DNA of 63,164 bases, the filler included, from Octopus bimaculoides (taxonomy: Eukaryota): assembly GCF_001194135.2 (NCBI RefSeq). It is 5 parts of 4 records of this genome, joined end to end, with 100 filler letters (N's around TTAATTAATTAA, not from the genome) between each part and the next. Parts side by side here need not be neighbours in the genome. Positions count along the whole stretch, not along the records: positions 1 to 18,425 come from NC_068994.1; positions 18,526 to 45,702 come from NC_068995.1; 3 more parts are not named here. The stretch is one strand, 5' to 3'. This document shows, in pieces, positions 13,490 through 24,143 of this stretch. The stretch's first letter is position 1; each line of letters begins with the position of its first letter. The notes under the pieces are model-generated. The model saw nothing but the letters and a program-made list of their open reading frames with translations, did no database searches and was not told where the DNA came from. Position numbers and translations under genes: made by a program.

Positions 13490-13775
13490 TTGTTAATGTT
13501 CTTTTGAAGCTCATTCAGATTAACATCTACAGGAAAGACGTGAGTTGGGAAGAGATACCAGAAAATCGATGTTCTGGGGGAAGAAGGAATGGGCATAATG
13601 ACACGCACAGAGTTCGCTCTGTCGTCAATGAAGGTGATGAGAAGTAGAGGGATGAGTGAATTGGAGGTGGGTGGTGGAGTTATGTGACCAGACAGATCTA
13701 AAGAACATATGCCATTATGATAGCAATAGAGAAAACAGAAAGAGGAAACATGGACCAGGGGTTGAAACATGCTTG
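13490..13775 (-). mobile_element. 3' end fragment of a CR1/L2-group LINE ORF2
   Basis: ORF 13462-13770 FQPLVHVSSFCFLYCYHNGICSLDLSGHITPP...SPRTSIFWYLFPTHVFPVDVNLNELQKNINNI resembles, from recall, the CR1-group C-terminus (LFYRY..G.CS.EL...PP...FFPRT..LWN.LP..VFP...L..FK..IN). Confidence 0.6.
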
Positions 13776-14761
13776 TTAATATCTAAATGCTAACCAACCA
13801 AGTGTACTTCTACGATTTTTGTAGAGACTTTTATAATTTTCTTATATTAAATGTATCCTTTTTGTTTTTTCATTGTAGCTGTGCCATGAAGTTCACACCC
13901 ATGAAAATATTTGGGTAGGTGTCAAATTAATTTTCTAATAAATATATAGTTAATTTTTTTAACCAGTTTTGTTCTTATTGTATTTTCTTACTAATGTTGT
14001 TCTAAGCTGTATAGACTGTGTATTGCATGAGTTCATTTAAAGTAGTATCTCATTCTTGCTACTCTCTGTTTCTTATATTATCATCTTTACATAATAGCAT
14101 ATGTTTCTCATTGTCAATGAGTACAGATATCCCCCAGTGTGCATGTAATATTTCTCTAAGCATGAATATTCTTTAGAAAGAGAAAAAGTCATAAATGCCT
14201 GTGACAGTGAAACAGAACTGTCAAAACTTCAGTATTCTGAAGTCTTCATGAAAAATTCATAACTAGAGAATAATTATTTGCTAGAGAGAATATTTTGATG
14301 CTTCAGTATGACAGATAAGAGATTAAAAATGAGCAAATCCTTGCTGATTAAAAAAAATGAATTCCATATATGCAAATAAAAAAAAGGGGGTAACTACTGA
14401 TTTACAGATGCTATTATAGCATAAGCGTTGACTCAAACATTCTGCAGAAGGAAAGCAAATGTAATAGCAAGCTCTAACTGCAAGGACTTTACAACTACAT
14501 CTTCTTTTGTTTGTTAGTGAAGGGAAGCCAAAATGGAATCATTTTGGACCTTTGGATTTCAAACTACATTCGAAATGTAAATTATTCTGGGAAAGTAATT
14601 CAGTTCAGAGCATTTGATTGACAGAATTATTTGAGTATTGGACATGACTTTTTTTTCTTGAGCCCTTGGACTTTTAAAGCCAGTTACCCTGATTCCATGG
14701 TATATAAATAACTGAGATCAGGGGAAATATTTCCCCTGAATGGAACATCAATCCATTGCAG

Positions 14762-14871
14762 GGTTTTAGGCCAGCCATTTTGAGGGGAGAGAACAAGCTG
14801 ATTACATTGACCCACATATTTGACTGGTACTTCATTTTATTAACTTCAAAGGGATGAAAGGCAAAGTTGAT
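14762..14871 (-). mobile_element. SINE family A, partial
   Basis: gattacattgaccc...actggtacttcattttatt...gggatgaaaggcaaagttga is the reverse complement of the family A core. Confidence 0.7.
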
Positions 14872-17314
14872 ACCATCATGCTAATGATTCTGTCAACTCA
14901 CTACCTCACTGGACCTGATACCTTGCAGTATTTCTCCTTTGTAGACTGAGTTCTTTAATGGTAGACTTAGTCCATCTCTTAATTTCACACCACTGTGAAG
15001 TCCTTGGATGCTTTAAGCAATGTTCACCCTGTTGCAGACACCAGGATCAGGTTTCCATATTAAGGATACTTTTCTCCTTTTCACACCCATCTTAGAGGAT
15101 CATGGATGTTGCCTTTCTATCTCAGACTAAATGGTTAAAAACTAAAATCATGGAATCTCTGAGTAATTAAAGTTGCTGCTTTATTTTTCTAAATATCCTA
15201 GTTTTTCACACCTATTCAGGTTACATTACTTTAATTCTACGTACTGGCTTCCTTTAGCAAGTACTGTGAAATCTATGTTTCATGAAGGAAGTTAAATAAT
15301 ACCAACATATATCTAAAGTTTTTCACCATACTTGCTGAAATAATTAAAATAACATTAATCATTGAACCAATATTGTCTGTTGCTCACTGCATTAAAAGTT
15401 TTACATCAAGCATGTTCACCCCATACATAATCATCAGATTTTATGCATGTTGTATCACTCAACTACTGAATTCAGCATTCTTTTTTTAGTCAGCTTAGTT
15501 CCTAATTTAAGTATAGATGTAAGAACATCTTAAAATATCTAGTCTCACAGTTGACTCAGTGGAAAATCATATCACATTTGCCATTGACCATTCTTTTTAC
15601 ATGACAAACATATACCAATTTAAGCTTTCTCAGAATGTTGCTTTACTGCTGTAGGATGGTTTGTAATGTTTAATAGCCTGTTGGTGTATGTTATCTTGAG
15701 ATATGTTCTTCTAACAGACACACTCCTGACAGACACACTCTCTTTCTCAAAACAATACAATACTCTAGAAACATTTAAAACAGAGTTTAGATAGTGTTTA
15801 CACTTCTTATGTAATATTTACATTTCTAATCCAAGTAAAGCAAATAACTTGGGGAAATTAAGATTTAGTTATAATTTAATGTAAGTATTAATTTAAATGT
15901 ATAAAGTATATAAAAGAAATATTACTTACCATTGAATATTTATTAGTCTAGCTAAGATATTTTGTGTTCAAGTGATGAGTATTTTGCTTTTCTATGGTTG
16001 CCAGTGACATCAATGTTAAGCAGGTGTAATTTGTATTGTTATATCGCTAACAAGATGCCATTCATTATATCATAGCTTTCAAATGTCTGAAAACTAGAGT
16101 GACATAGCAGCTTTGAATTGAATAATTAGTTTGTAACAAAATGAATGAAACAAATATCTAAGACATAGAAAAAGGTTTCATCAAGATCTAAATGTTTGTA
16201 AACAATTTTTATTAATTACTTTGTTGCTGTGATACTTCTGTCTACACTTCAGCAATTATTATATTTTACTAATGACAAACCAACATGGAAATCCTTGTTT
16301 CTTTTGAAATAGTATGGAAGATAATAATTACTGTTACATTTGTAATATGTGTAAGCATGTTGATATTACAAATGAACTGCAATATTTGCACCTGTTGTTG
16401 AGAAGCAATCCGTAGGAAAGTTTAACAGGATTCCTATAAACTTTTTGGCGTGTTTTTTTTTTATATTTTGATAAATTGTTTGCAAATTTGTTGTTGGAAT
16501 GTTAAGCAAATATTACAATTGCAGATAATTTTAAGACCAATGTAGCAAAATAAAATAGATAGAATTGTTTATTTACAACTAAGGATTTATATACAATAAG
16601 TCTTTGTGAATATATTTATATCTTTATATAGCTTTTGGCCTTTGTACTCATGCCACTTTGTACTTAAACTTCACAGTACTTGTTTTAGATAAAAAAAAAC
16701 CCACAAAACAATAATAATAAAAAGATGATGGTATTGTCTCAATAGTACAAATCAATCAATTTGCAATAAACTTGAAAGAATTATCCTGGTTTGTGATTTT
16801 TTGCTTTTGTTTCATTTTGTTTTTAATATTTCCTTCTTTTCTCAGTTTAAACTCAGATAAATACTGTTTGCAAAGATGAAGGGAATTACTGGAATATTTC
16901 TGTAATAATTAGCTGGCTTTGAAAATATATAGGGCATCATATTTGAAGATTTAGTAAACTATAGTGCTATAGCTTATTAAAGACTCTGTTTGTTTAAAAT
17001 ACCTTATTTTTTTATTAGACTAGAAAAACATCAACAACATGAAGCAAAATACAACTGTCAGTAATTACACAGAAGCTAAGTTAATGTTTTTCCTAGAAGA
17101 ATTATGTAGAAATTATATATAAAATATATTCTGATTTATGCAATATCTTTCTGTAGCATAGCAGTCATGCTTATTTACAATAATTAGAATAATTATAGAG
17201 GGGGTTAAACATGTTTACTGTTAATTATATTGACGTTTTACATTTGAAAAGAACCTATGTGTAACATTGGTAGTTCTCGTTAGAAAAGACTTAATGAATG
17301 GAATAAAGTTATTT

Positions 17315-17580
17315 TTATGGTTTTGGTACTTTAGGTACCGATGGCAGGGGTTTGGGGAAAGAAGAGAAGCTATTTTTTATTGGTAAATTCCAAGGTTCTG
17401 GGAGATTAGCAGTTTTTATTCTTAAGGATTTAAGATCAATAACATCATTGCAGACAGTTTTTTTATCAACAATAGCTTGACTGGAAGGTTTTGTAGAAAT
17501 ATCCTTGGGTTTGTGTGATGTCCATGGTAAAGAACTCCTACTTTTGTGTTGCTGTTGATCCTCTTGACTGTGCTTGAAAC
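17315..17580 (-). CDS. Terminal coding exon, probably the cytoplasmic tail of an upstream protocadherin
   Basis: After a long T-rich tract and ...ttacgAG|, GT then 87 open codons: FKHSQEDQQQHKSRSSLPWTSHKPKDISTKPSSQAIVDKKTVCNDVIDLKSLRIKTANLPEPWNLPIKNSFSSFPKPLPSVPKVPKP* (TAA 17317-17315). Non-repetitive, higher GC than its flanks, same strand as the downstream protocadherin. The LPEPWNLP..NSF..KPLP ending resembles octopus protocadherin tails from recall only. AATAAA on the minus strand at 17011-17016. Confidence 0.65.
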
Positions 17581-18200
17581 CTCGTAAAAATAAACAAAGA
17601 AAACAAAATGTTCATCATGAGCTGAAATTACACTGTATGAACATTCTATTTATTGAATTCTAATTATTGTTATGCTATATTTTTGTAACTAGTTATATTC
17701 CCTGTCTTTACATAAACATCATTATATTTATATCACATTGAATATTATTAATATCCATGGTGTAATTTTTTAAGAAATTAAACTTGTCTTGAGCATTAAT
17801 TTTAGTTATATTCCTCAATATATTAATCTATAGAAATATAAAAGGAAATATTTATTCATTTAATAGTAATTAAGAGAAATTTACTATTGATATCTATTGT
17901 TGAGGATAATATTACATCCAAAATATTGAATGCATAAAAAAAATATGTAAAAGCAGTGAAGAGCAAGCACGTCCTTCTGAGTTTTGTATAAGTAACAAAT
18001 ATTTGTTAATAAAACATTGAAATAGTGAAAATTATTAAAATAAGGTAAATTTTACTATTGTTTAATAAAATGAATAGTCTATTTTTCAATGAAACTATTC
18101 TCTAGTTAGTGCTCAAATAATTTTCAAAGCAATCCAAAATATATACACCCCAAGAACTATGTGTATACGTGTGTGTGTGTGTATTTATATATATATATAT

Positions 18201-18425
18201 CATCATCATCATCGTTTAACATCCGCTTTCCATGCTAGCATGGGTTGGACGATTTGACTGAGGACTGGTGAAACCGGATGGCAACACCAGGCTCCAATCT
18301 AATTTGGCAGAGTTTCTACAGCTGGATGCCCTTCCTAACGCCAACCACTCAGAGAGTGTAGTGGGTGCTTTTACGTGTCACCCGCACGAAAACGGCCATG
18401 CTCGAAATGGTGTCTTTTATGTGCC
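18201..18425. mobile_element. Young interspersed repeat with (CAT)n end; carries the ggatgcccttcctaacgccaacc motif (reverse ggttggcgttaggaagggcatcc), probably RTE-associated
   Basis: Paralog at 10547; motif recalled from RTE-clade-linked elements (not verified); truncated by a linker gap. Confidence 0.6.
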
Positions 18426-18525
18426 NNNNNNNNNNNNNNNNNNNNNNNNNNNNNNNNNNNNNNNNNNNNTTAATTAATTAANNNNNNNNNNNNNNNNNNN
18501 NNNNNNNNNNNNNNNNNNNNNNNNN
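18426..18525. other. Artificial scaffold-join linker N44-TTAATTAATTAA-N44
   Basis: Exactly 100 bp; the 12-mer has stops in all six frames; identical structure at four places. Confidence 0.95.
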
Positions 18526-19059
18526 TATATATATATATATATTTCGAAACGCCCAGTTTAGAATAGAGGCAGCTGGTGAAGGAAAAGTTCCATAAGTAGC
18601 TCGTCTGTTTTCCTATATGTTCGTTCTTTTGTCCGTAAAAAACAGTCCGTTTTTGTGCTTTGTTTATGTTCCCGTTCCTTTTTCTGACGTCCTGTACCCG
18701 GATATGCATCTATATATACACATGTAGATGTAGGTATGTACATATATGTATGTATACATGCATATGCTCATATATCATTTGTATTATTATATATATATAC
18801 ATACATACTTACATATGCGTGTGCGTGCGCGCGCCTGCTTATTTTGAAGGCAGAAATAAATTCAATATTCCGAGTGTAGTTCTAAATAAAATTATCAAAT
18901 GATTACCGTTTTGCGAACACGTTTAAATCATTACTTGCATTTAGTTTCTATTTTTCTCTAACACTTAAAAAAAAATCTATGATCCTCTACTTCATGTCAT
19001 TCCTTTGGAATGCACCATCATATTTTGCACACATCTCAATAAACATAGGTTTGAAATTC

Positions 19060-19229
19060 GGTCACATGGCCAGCAATTTCAGGAAAGGTGTATGTCAATT
19101 ATATCAACATCAGTTCTGAACTGGCCTTATTTTCGTGACCCCGAAGGATAACAGGTAATGTTGACCTCGGACGAAATGCTGCGTAGCATCTTGAATGCCT
19201 TGTTAGCGATTCTTCCAGCTTACCGCCTT
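19060..19229 (-). mobile_element. SINE family A, degenerate
   Basis: Ends ...gttagcgattcttccagcttaccgcctt (reverse of aaggcggtaagctggaagaatcgctaac); internal gaccccgaaggat...gttgacctcgg. Confidence 0.7.
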
Positions 19230-19943
19230 ACAGTCACGATATATATGTTTCTAAGCTATATATTCTAAAGCTATAGATAGATACATAGACAGGTATATAG
19301 ATATACAAGCGTATACACATGCTTGCATAGTCATGCGTGTGTTTGTGTGTGTGTATGTTTCTTTAGGTTAACATGTTTTATATAAAATGTCGGTAACTCT
19401 ATTCGCAGTTTCCATAAACAAGGAAGTGAGAATGTACTTTAATTCTTCATAGTTTCGCGTTCAAAGTTGTTGATAGCTATTATATATGTATATGTATGTT
19501 TGAATCAGTCAGATTAGTTTTACTATATCTGAAATCCATCGAAATGTTATACTAGCTGATATACTAAACGGAAATTATATACTAACTGATATAGTAAACG
19601 GAAATATTTTTTACAAGTATAAGCAAGATAAAGCTATAACTTTAACAGAATAAGTTGTATTTCATCCTACGTGATATCTGAAATCGGGTGCTAAAATGAC
19701 CGTACTACACATGTGAAATTTTAATGAGAACATCGCTCGGAATAGTATATTAGGTGTTTCTATATGTATATGTTTATTTGTCAAAACAACGATTGTTTAA
19801 TTGACTACTTATGATTGTGAAATTTCGTGATCAAAGTATTGTCAGGTGAATATCGAAAAAGCTCTCATTTGTGTATAATAAATGTACCACTGCAACGTAC
19901 ACAAAGAACTGTGTTCGTCATAAGATACTGTGTAGTATGTAAG

Positions 19944-19990
<47 letters not shown>

Positions 19991-21550
19991 AGTAAAAATA
20001 AATACAAAAAAAAAGGGTTTTGTATGATTGTGTATAGAGGAATATATTATTTTGTTTAAAAGAGTTCCAACACGGTCTGTTTTTTTATGTTTTATTTATA
20101 TTCCTGCAAAACCAATGTGGGATATAGAATATGGAATATACAATATATAATATAAAATAAAAATGGATGGTACTATGAAATAAAGTATTGAATGTCTTAT
20201 TGAATATATGGAATATGTCTTATTGAATAGATAAAATACTGAGTGTTCAAAATAAAGGATTAAATATATAAAGGCGAATACGTATTGTCTATACCTTGTG
20301 GTATTTCATCATGCCTGGTATGACAGACTTTATATATCATGAGCGTAGGGAATGGCAATATGTGTACGAAGTGCTTCCATATGAGATAGAGAGGGAGAGA
20401 GAGGGGGGAGAGAAAGAGACAGAGAGAGGGGGGAGAGAAAGAGACAGAGAGAGGGGGGATTACTAGAAGCCTGAAGTAGGAAAATACTTCAAAAAGATAA
20501 AATACCTTTCTGCCGTACTACATCTAGAACGCTTTAAGAGCTTCAATATCTTTATATATCATTTGTTCATTCGTTGTCTCTGTAATGTTCCAGGCCTTTG
20601 CGTTTCTCAGTTTCTGCAAGGTTCGCCCACCTAGCCTTCAAAGGATTATCTAAGAAATGCTACATGGCTGAAATTTGAAAGTAAAAAGTAAAGTGAGTGG
20701 TGTTTGACTGAGACAGAGAATGACAGAGAGAGCGAGAGGGGGAAAGGAGTGAGAAATTATATAATTTTGAAGAAAGCGTGACAAATTTGCATAAAACTAA
20801 ATTCATAATCATATATGGTTGTTTAAATTTCATCGCTTGGTAATCCCTCTCTGTTCTAACCACTCACATTTGAAACACTTTTAATTCAAGTGATCTACTA
20901 CGATAAGTTCCATGATCTGAATGTTTTTAACTATTCAATCAATATAATAATCAGCGTGTTCGTTCGCCCGTTATACTTTAGTTAGTTAGAGAGTTGGACG
21001 CGGAGTGAGTGAGAAGTGGCGTAAAAGTGTGTGAGTGTGAGAGAGAGATGGAAAGAAAGCGAGGAGGAGTGTGAGTAGAGAAGAACGAAGTGAGGAAGAA
21101 GTAGAGAAAGACGTATAATAAGGCCAAACGTGTCACGTGGTTAGTTGAAGGTAGAGGCGAAGAAGCGAGGGGAAAAGACAATAAAAGAAAGTGGGAGAGA
21201 AGTGTTGACGACCTGTTGTAGGATGGAGAGAGAAAAGTAAAGAGAAAGCGATACGTATATATTTAGAATACAATGTATAGCAGAGGGTTATGTTCTGGTG
21301 GCGAGGTTATAGAAAGGCAGATAAAAAGAGATGGGAAGAGGAAGCAGTTACATTAAGAGAAGGATAGGGAGAGAGTTAGAGGAAGTGAGAGGTGAAGAAA
21401 AAGAGAGAAATGTTAAAGACATGAAGACGGGAATTACATAGTTGAAATGTTTGTCGAAGAGGAAGAGAGAAAGAGAGCAATATAAAGTGCATAGTAGAGG
21501 AATATTTTAAAATATAACATTATTGTGACTGGAAGTGAAATACCTAAGTC

Positions 21551-21725
21551 GGCGAGCTGGCAGAATCCTTACCATGCCGGGCGAAATGCTTAACGGCATA
21601 TCGTCTGCCGCTACGTTCTGACTTCAAATTTCACCGCGGTTGACCTTGCCTTTCATCCTTTCTGGGTAGATAAATTAATCGACTATCCACATCCCACCAA
21701 TTTCAGGCGTTCTGCCTATAGTATA
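21551..21725 (+). mobile_element. SINE family A
   Basis: ggcgagctggcagaa...ccgggcgaaatgcttaacggcat.tcgtctgccgctacgttctgacttcaaattt...gccttttcatcc matches 41698 and 50343 copies. Confidence 0.85.
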
Positions 21726-22286
21726 ATGGAAATGAAATACCGAGAAAAATCAAAATGCTAATCATACTTTCTTTCTTAAATAGCTTCTCTTACTTTTTTC
21801 GTTCTGTGGGATTTCCACAGGCCCCACTCGTATATTATATTGCTTCCAGGCCAGAAATTAACAATCCTACTTATAGGAAGCGATATCAGCACTTGTGTCT
21901 AAGCATTACAGTATTTAATGCGGAGAACCTCGTGAACATTAGAATGTATTGTTACATACTACGTGTAAGTTGAAAGCTGTATCTTTTCACCCTAATATTT
22001 CTTATTCTACAGTGAATATAACATTTTTGCCTCTTTCTATTTTACTATAAAAACAAAGAAAAAAGTGGACTAGTTAAGCACAATTTCCTATCAGACATAT
22101 TTTGAACCCAGAAATTATTAACAGGGATCGGCACAGCAAGAAAACTTTATCCTCTCCCANNNNNNNNNNNNNNNNNNNNNNNNNNNNNNNNNNNNNNNNN
22201 NNNNNNNNNNNNNNNNNNNNNNNNNNNNNNNNNNNNNNNNNNNNNNNNNNNNNNNNNNNNNNNNNNNNNNNNNNNNNNNNNNNNNN

Positions 22287-22323
<37 letters not shown>

Positions 22324-22339
22324 TTTTAATTTTTTCAAG

Positions 22340-22536
22340 CATTTGACTTCGGCCATGCTGGTGTACCACCTAAAATGCTTCTAGTCGAAGAAATCGACCC
22401 CCGAACTTATTCTTTGCATGCCTAGTTTCCGTCTAGCAAAATCAATCGCTAGGATTTGGTCAGCCCGAGGCTATAGTAGAAGACAGTATCTCAAAGTGCC
22501 ACGCAAGCTTCTTAACACACAGCCACGCCTGCGCCT
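22340..22536 (-). mobile_element. Composite of two SINE fragments (family C tail plus family B head)
   Basis: tttgacttcggccatgctgg...aatcgacccc.gaacttattcttt matches 49885-50090; cagcccgaggctatagtagaagac...acacagccacgcctgcgcct is the reverse of the family B head. Confidence 0.7.
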
Positions 22537-22823
22537 ATATATGTGTATATATATATATGTGTATGTGTGCGTGTGTGTGTCTACATATTGAGCAATGAGA
22601 ATGAGTGCTCAACACTGCATTAGTGGTTAAACATTATTTATTTGTGCATTAAGGCTGCCATTGGTTTCATTTAAAGGAATACTTCAAAAATGATCAAATC
22701 TCTCACATAGAAGAACTTCTTATACATCGCTGGTCACAATATGGTTCACAATTTTCTAACCTTCGAATGATATCACTCTGCTGGTTAGGTGAGAAGACCA
22801 ACATAATCCCTGCTTCGAATAAT

Positions 22824-22979
22824 ATTCCGTCGCAGGATTCTCTATTTACGGATGAGTTGTTTGGAGCAACGTGGACTGATGTATTTTACTGAAGAAGACA
22901 ACACATGGCCCGGTCTGGGAGTCGAAACCACGATCTCACAATCGTAAATGCAATACCCTTGCCACTAGAGAACGCACCG
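22824..22979 (-). mobile_element. tRNA-derived SINE (family D)
   Basis: Reverse complement has A-box-like tagtggcaagggt and B-box gtggtttcgactcccagaccggg, as in 59678-59916. Confidence 0.7.
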
Positions 22980-23062
22980 TTGTATACACGCCCCCCCCCA
23001 CACACAGACACACACTCGCACGCACACCCACACACCCACAAACACACACACACCCACCCACC

Positions 23063-23138
<76 letters not shown>

Positions 23139-24104
23139 CATACATACATACATACATATACACACACACACACAAACACGTTATTCGAGATTCACATCTG
23201 CATTTCTGCCATCATTTTGATAGTCTAACACATGTAATATATACATATATGTGTGTGCGTGCCCGCGCATGCGTGTGTGCGTGCCCGCGCATGCGTGTGT
23301 GCGTGTGTGCGTGTGTGTATCAATGCGGAAAACGTAATATTTCTGAGTATTCTTGTGGATTTATACTTTTGAACCAACAATGAAATAATAGCATTGTAAG
23401 AAATTGTCAGCCGTAAGACTGCTTTTTTATGTGAATTTTAGAGAATGCGTAATAAAAAAAATATAATGTAGTGTCAACTGCATCGAGTTGATCCAATGAA
23501 ATCTCATTTGCAAATCAGAGCTAGAAATATTGCAATAACAGCAGAAAAATAATTCAGCTTTCCGTCACCATCAGTAAAAAATGTTGTCACATTTATCCAT
23601 ATAGACAAATAAATATAGTTGACAGCTTTATTTGTTGTTGCTTAAAAACAATTCTTTATGTCTACGTTATATTATTTCCAAGAATTGATGTGCTATTCAA
23701 TAATGTAAGAGTCAGTATGAAGTGTCAAAGCCTGCGCCAGACGGGAGTGGTATGGTTTAGGAACATTCGTTTTTATTAGAACTCTCATAGGTATAAAAAC
23801 AATGCAGAAGATACCAGAGCGCAATAAAAAATACACTACATCAAGTAATACATTAAAACTGGAACCAAATTGTTTAATCGACGTAAGATACTTTAATAGC
23901 TTGGTACTTCAATAAAACGTTACCGCATTAATTTCTACCAAAAAGCAATCTCGGAATTATTCTTATAACCTCAGTAGACAGAAAAAACATTGCAAATATT
24001 TCCACCGAATTAAATTAATACTTTTTGATTGTTGTTATATTGATAAAGGCAAAATACTTAAGAGACAAAAAAAAAATGATATTGTTGTTTTTTTGTACGA
24101 TTTC

Positions 24105-24143
<39 letters not shown>

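Noticed and set aside
18470-18481. Recurring TTAATTAATTAA as a biological motif or CRISPR-like repeat
   Set aside because: Always centred in exactly 88 Ns; an assembly spacer.
20380-21480. Purine-rich tract with a CACGTG E-box as a promoter
   Set aside because: Low-complexity GA-rich sequence with no associated exon or ORF; single hexamers occur by chance.
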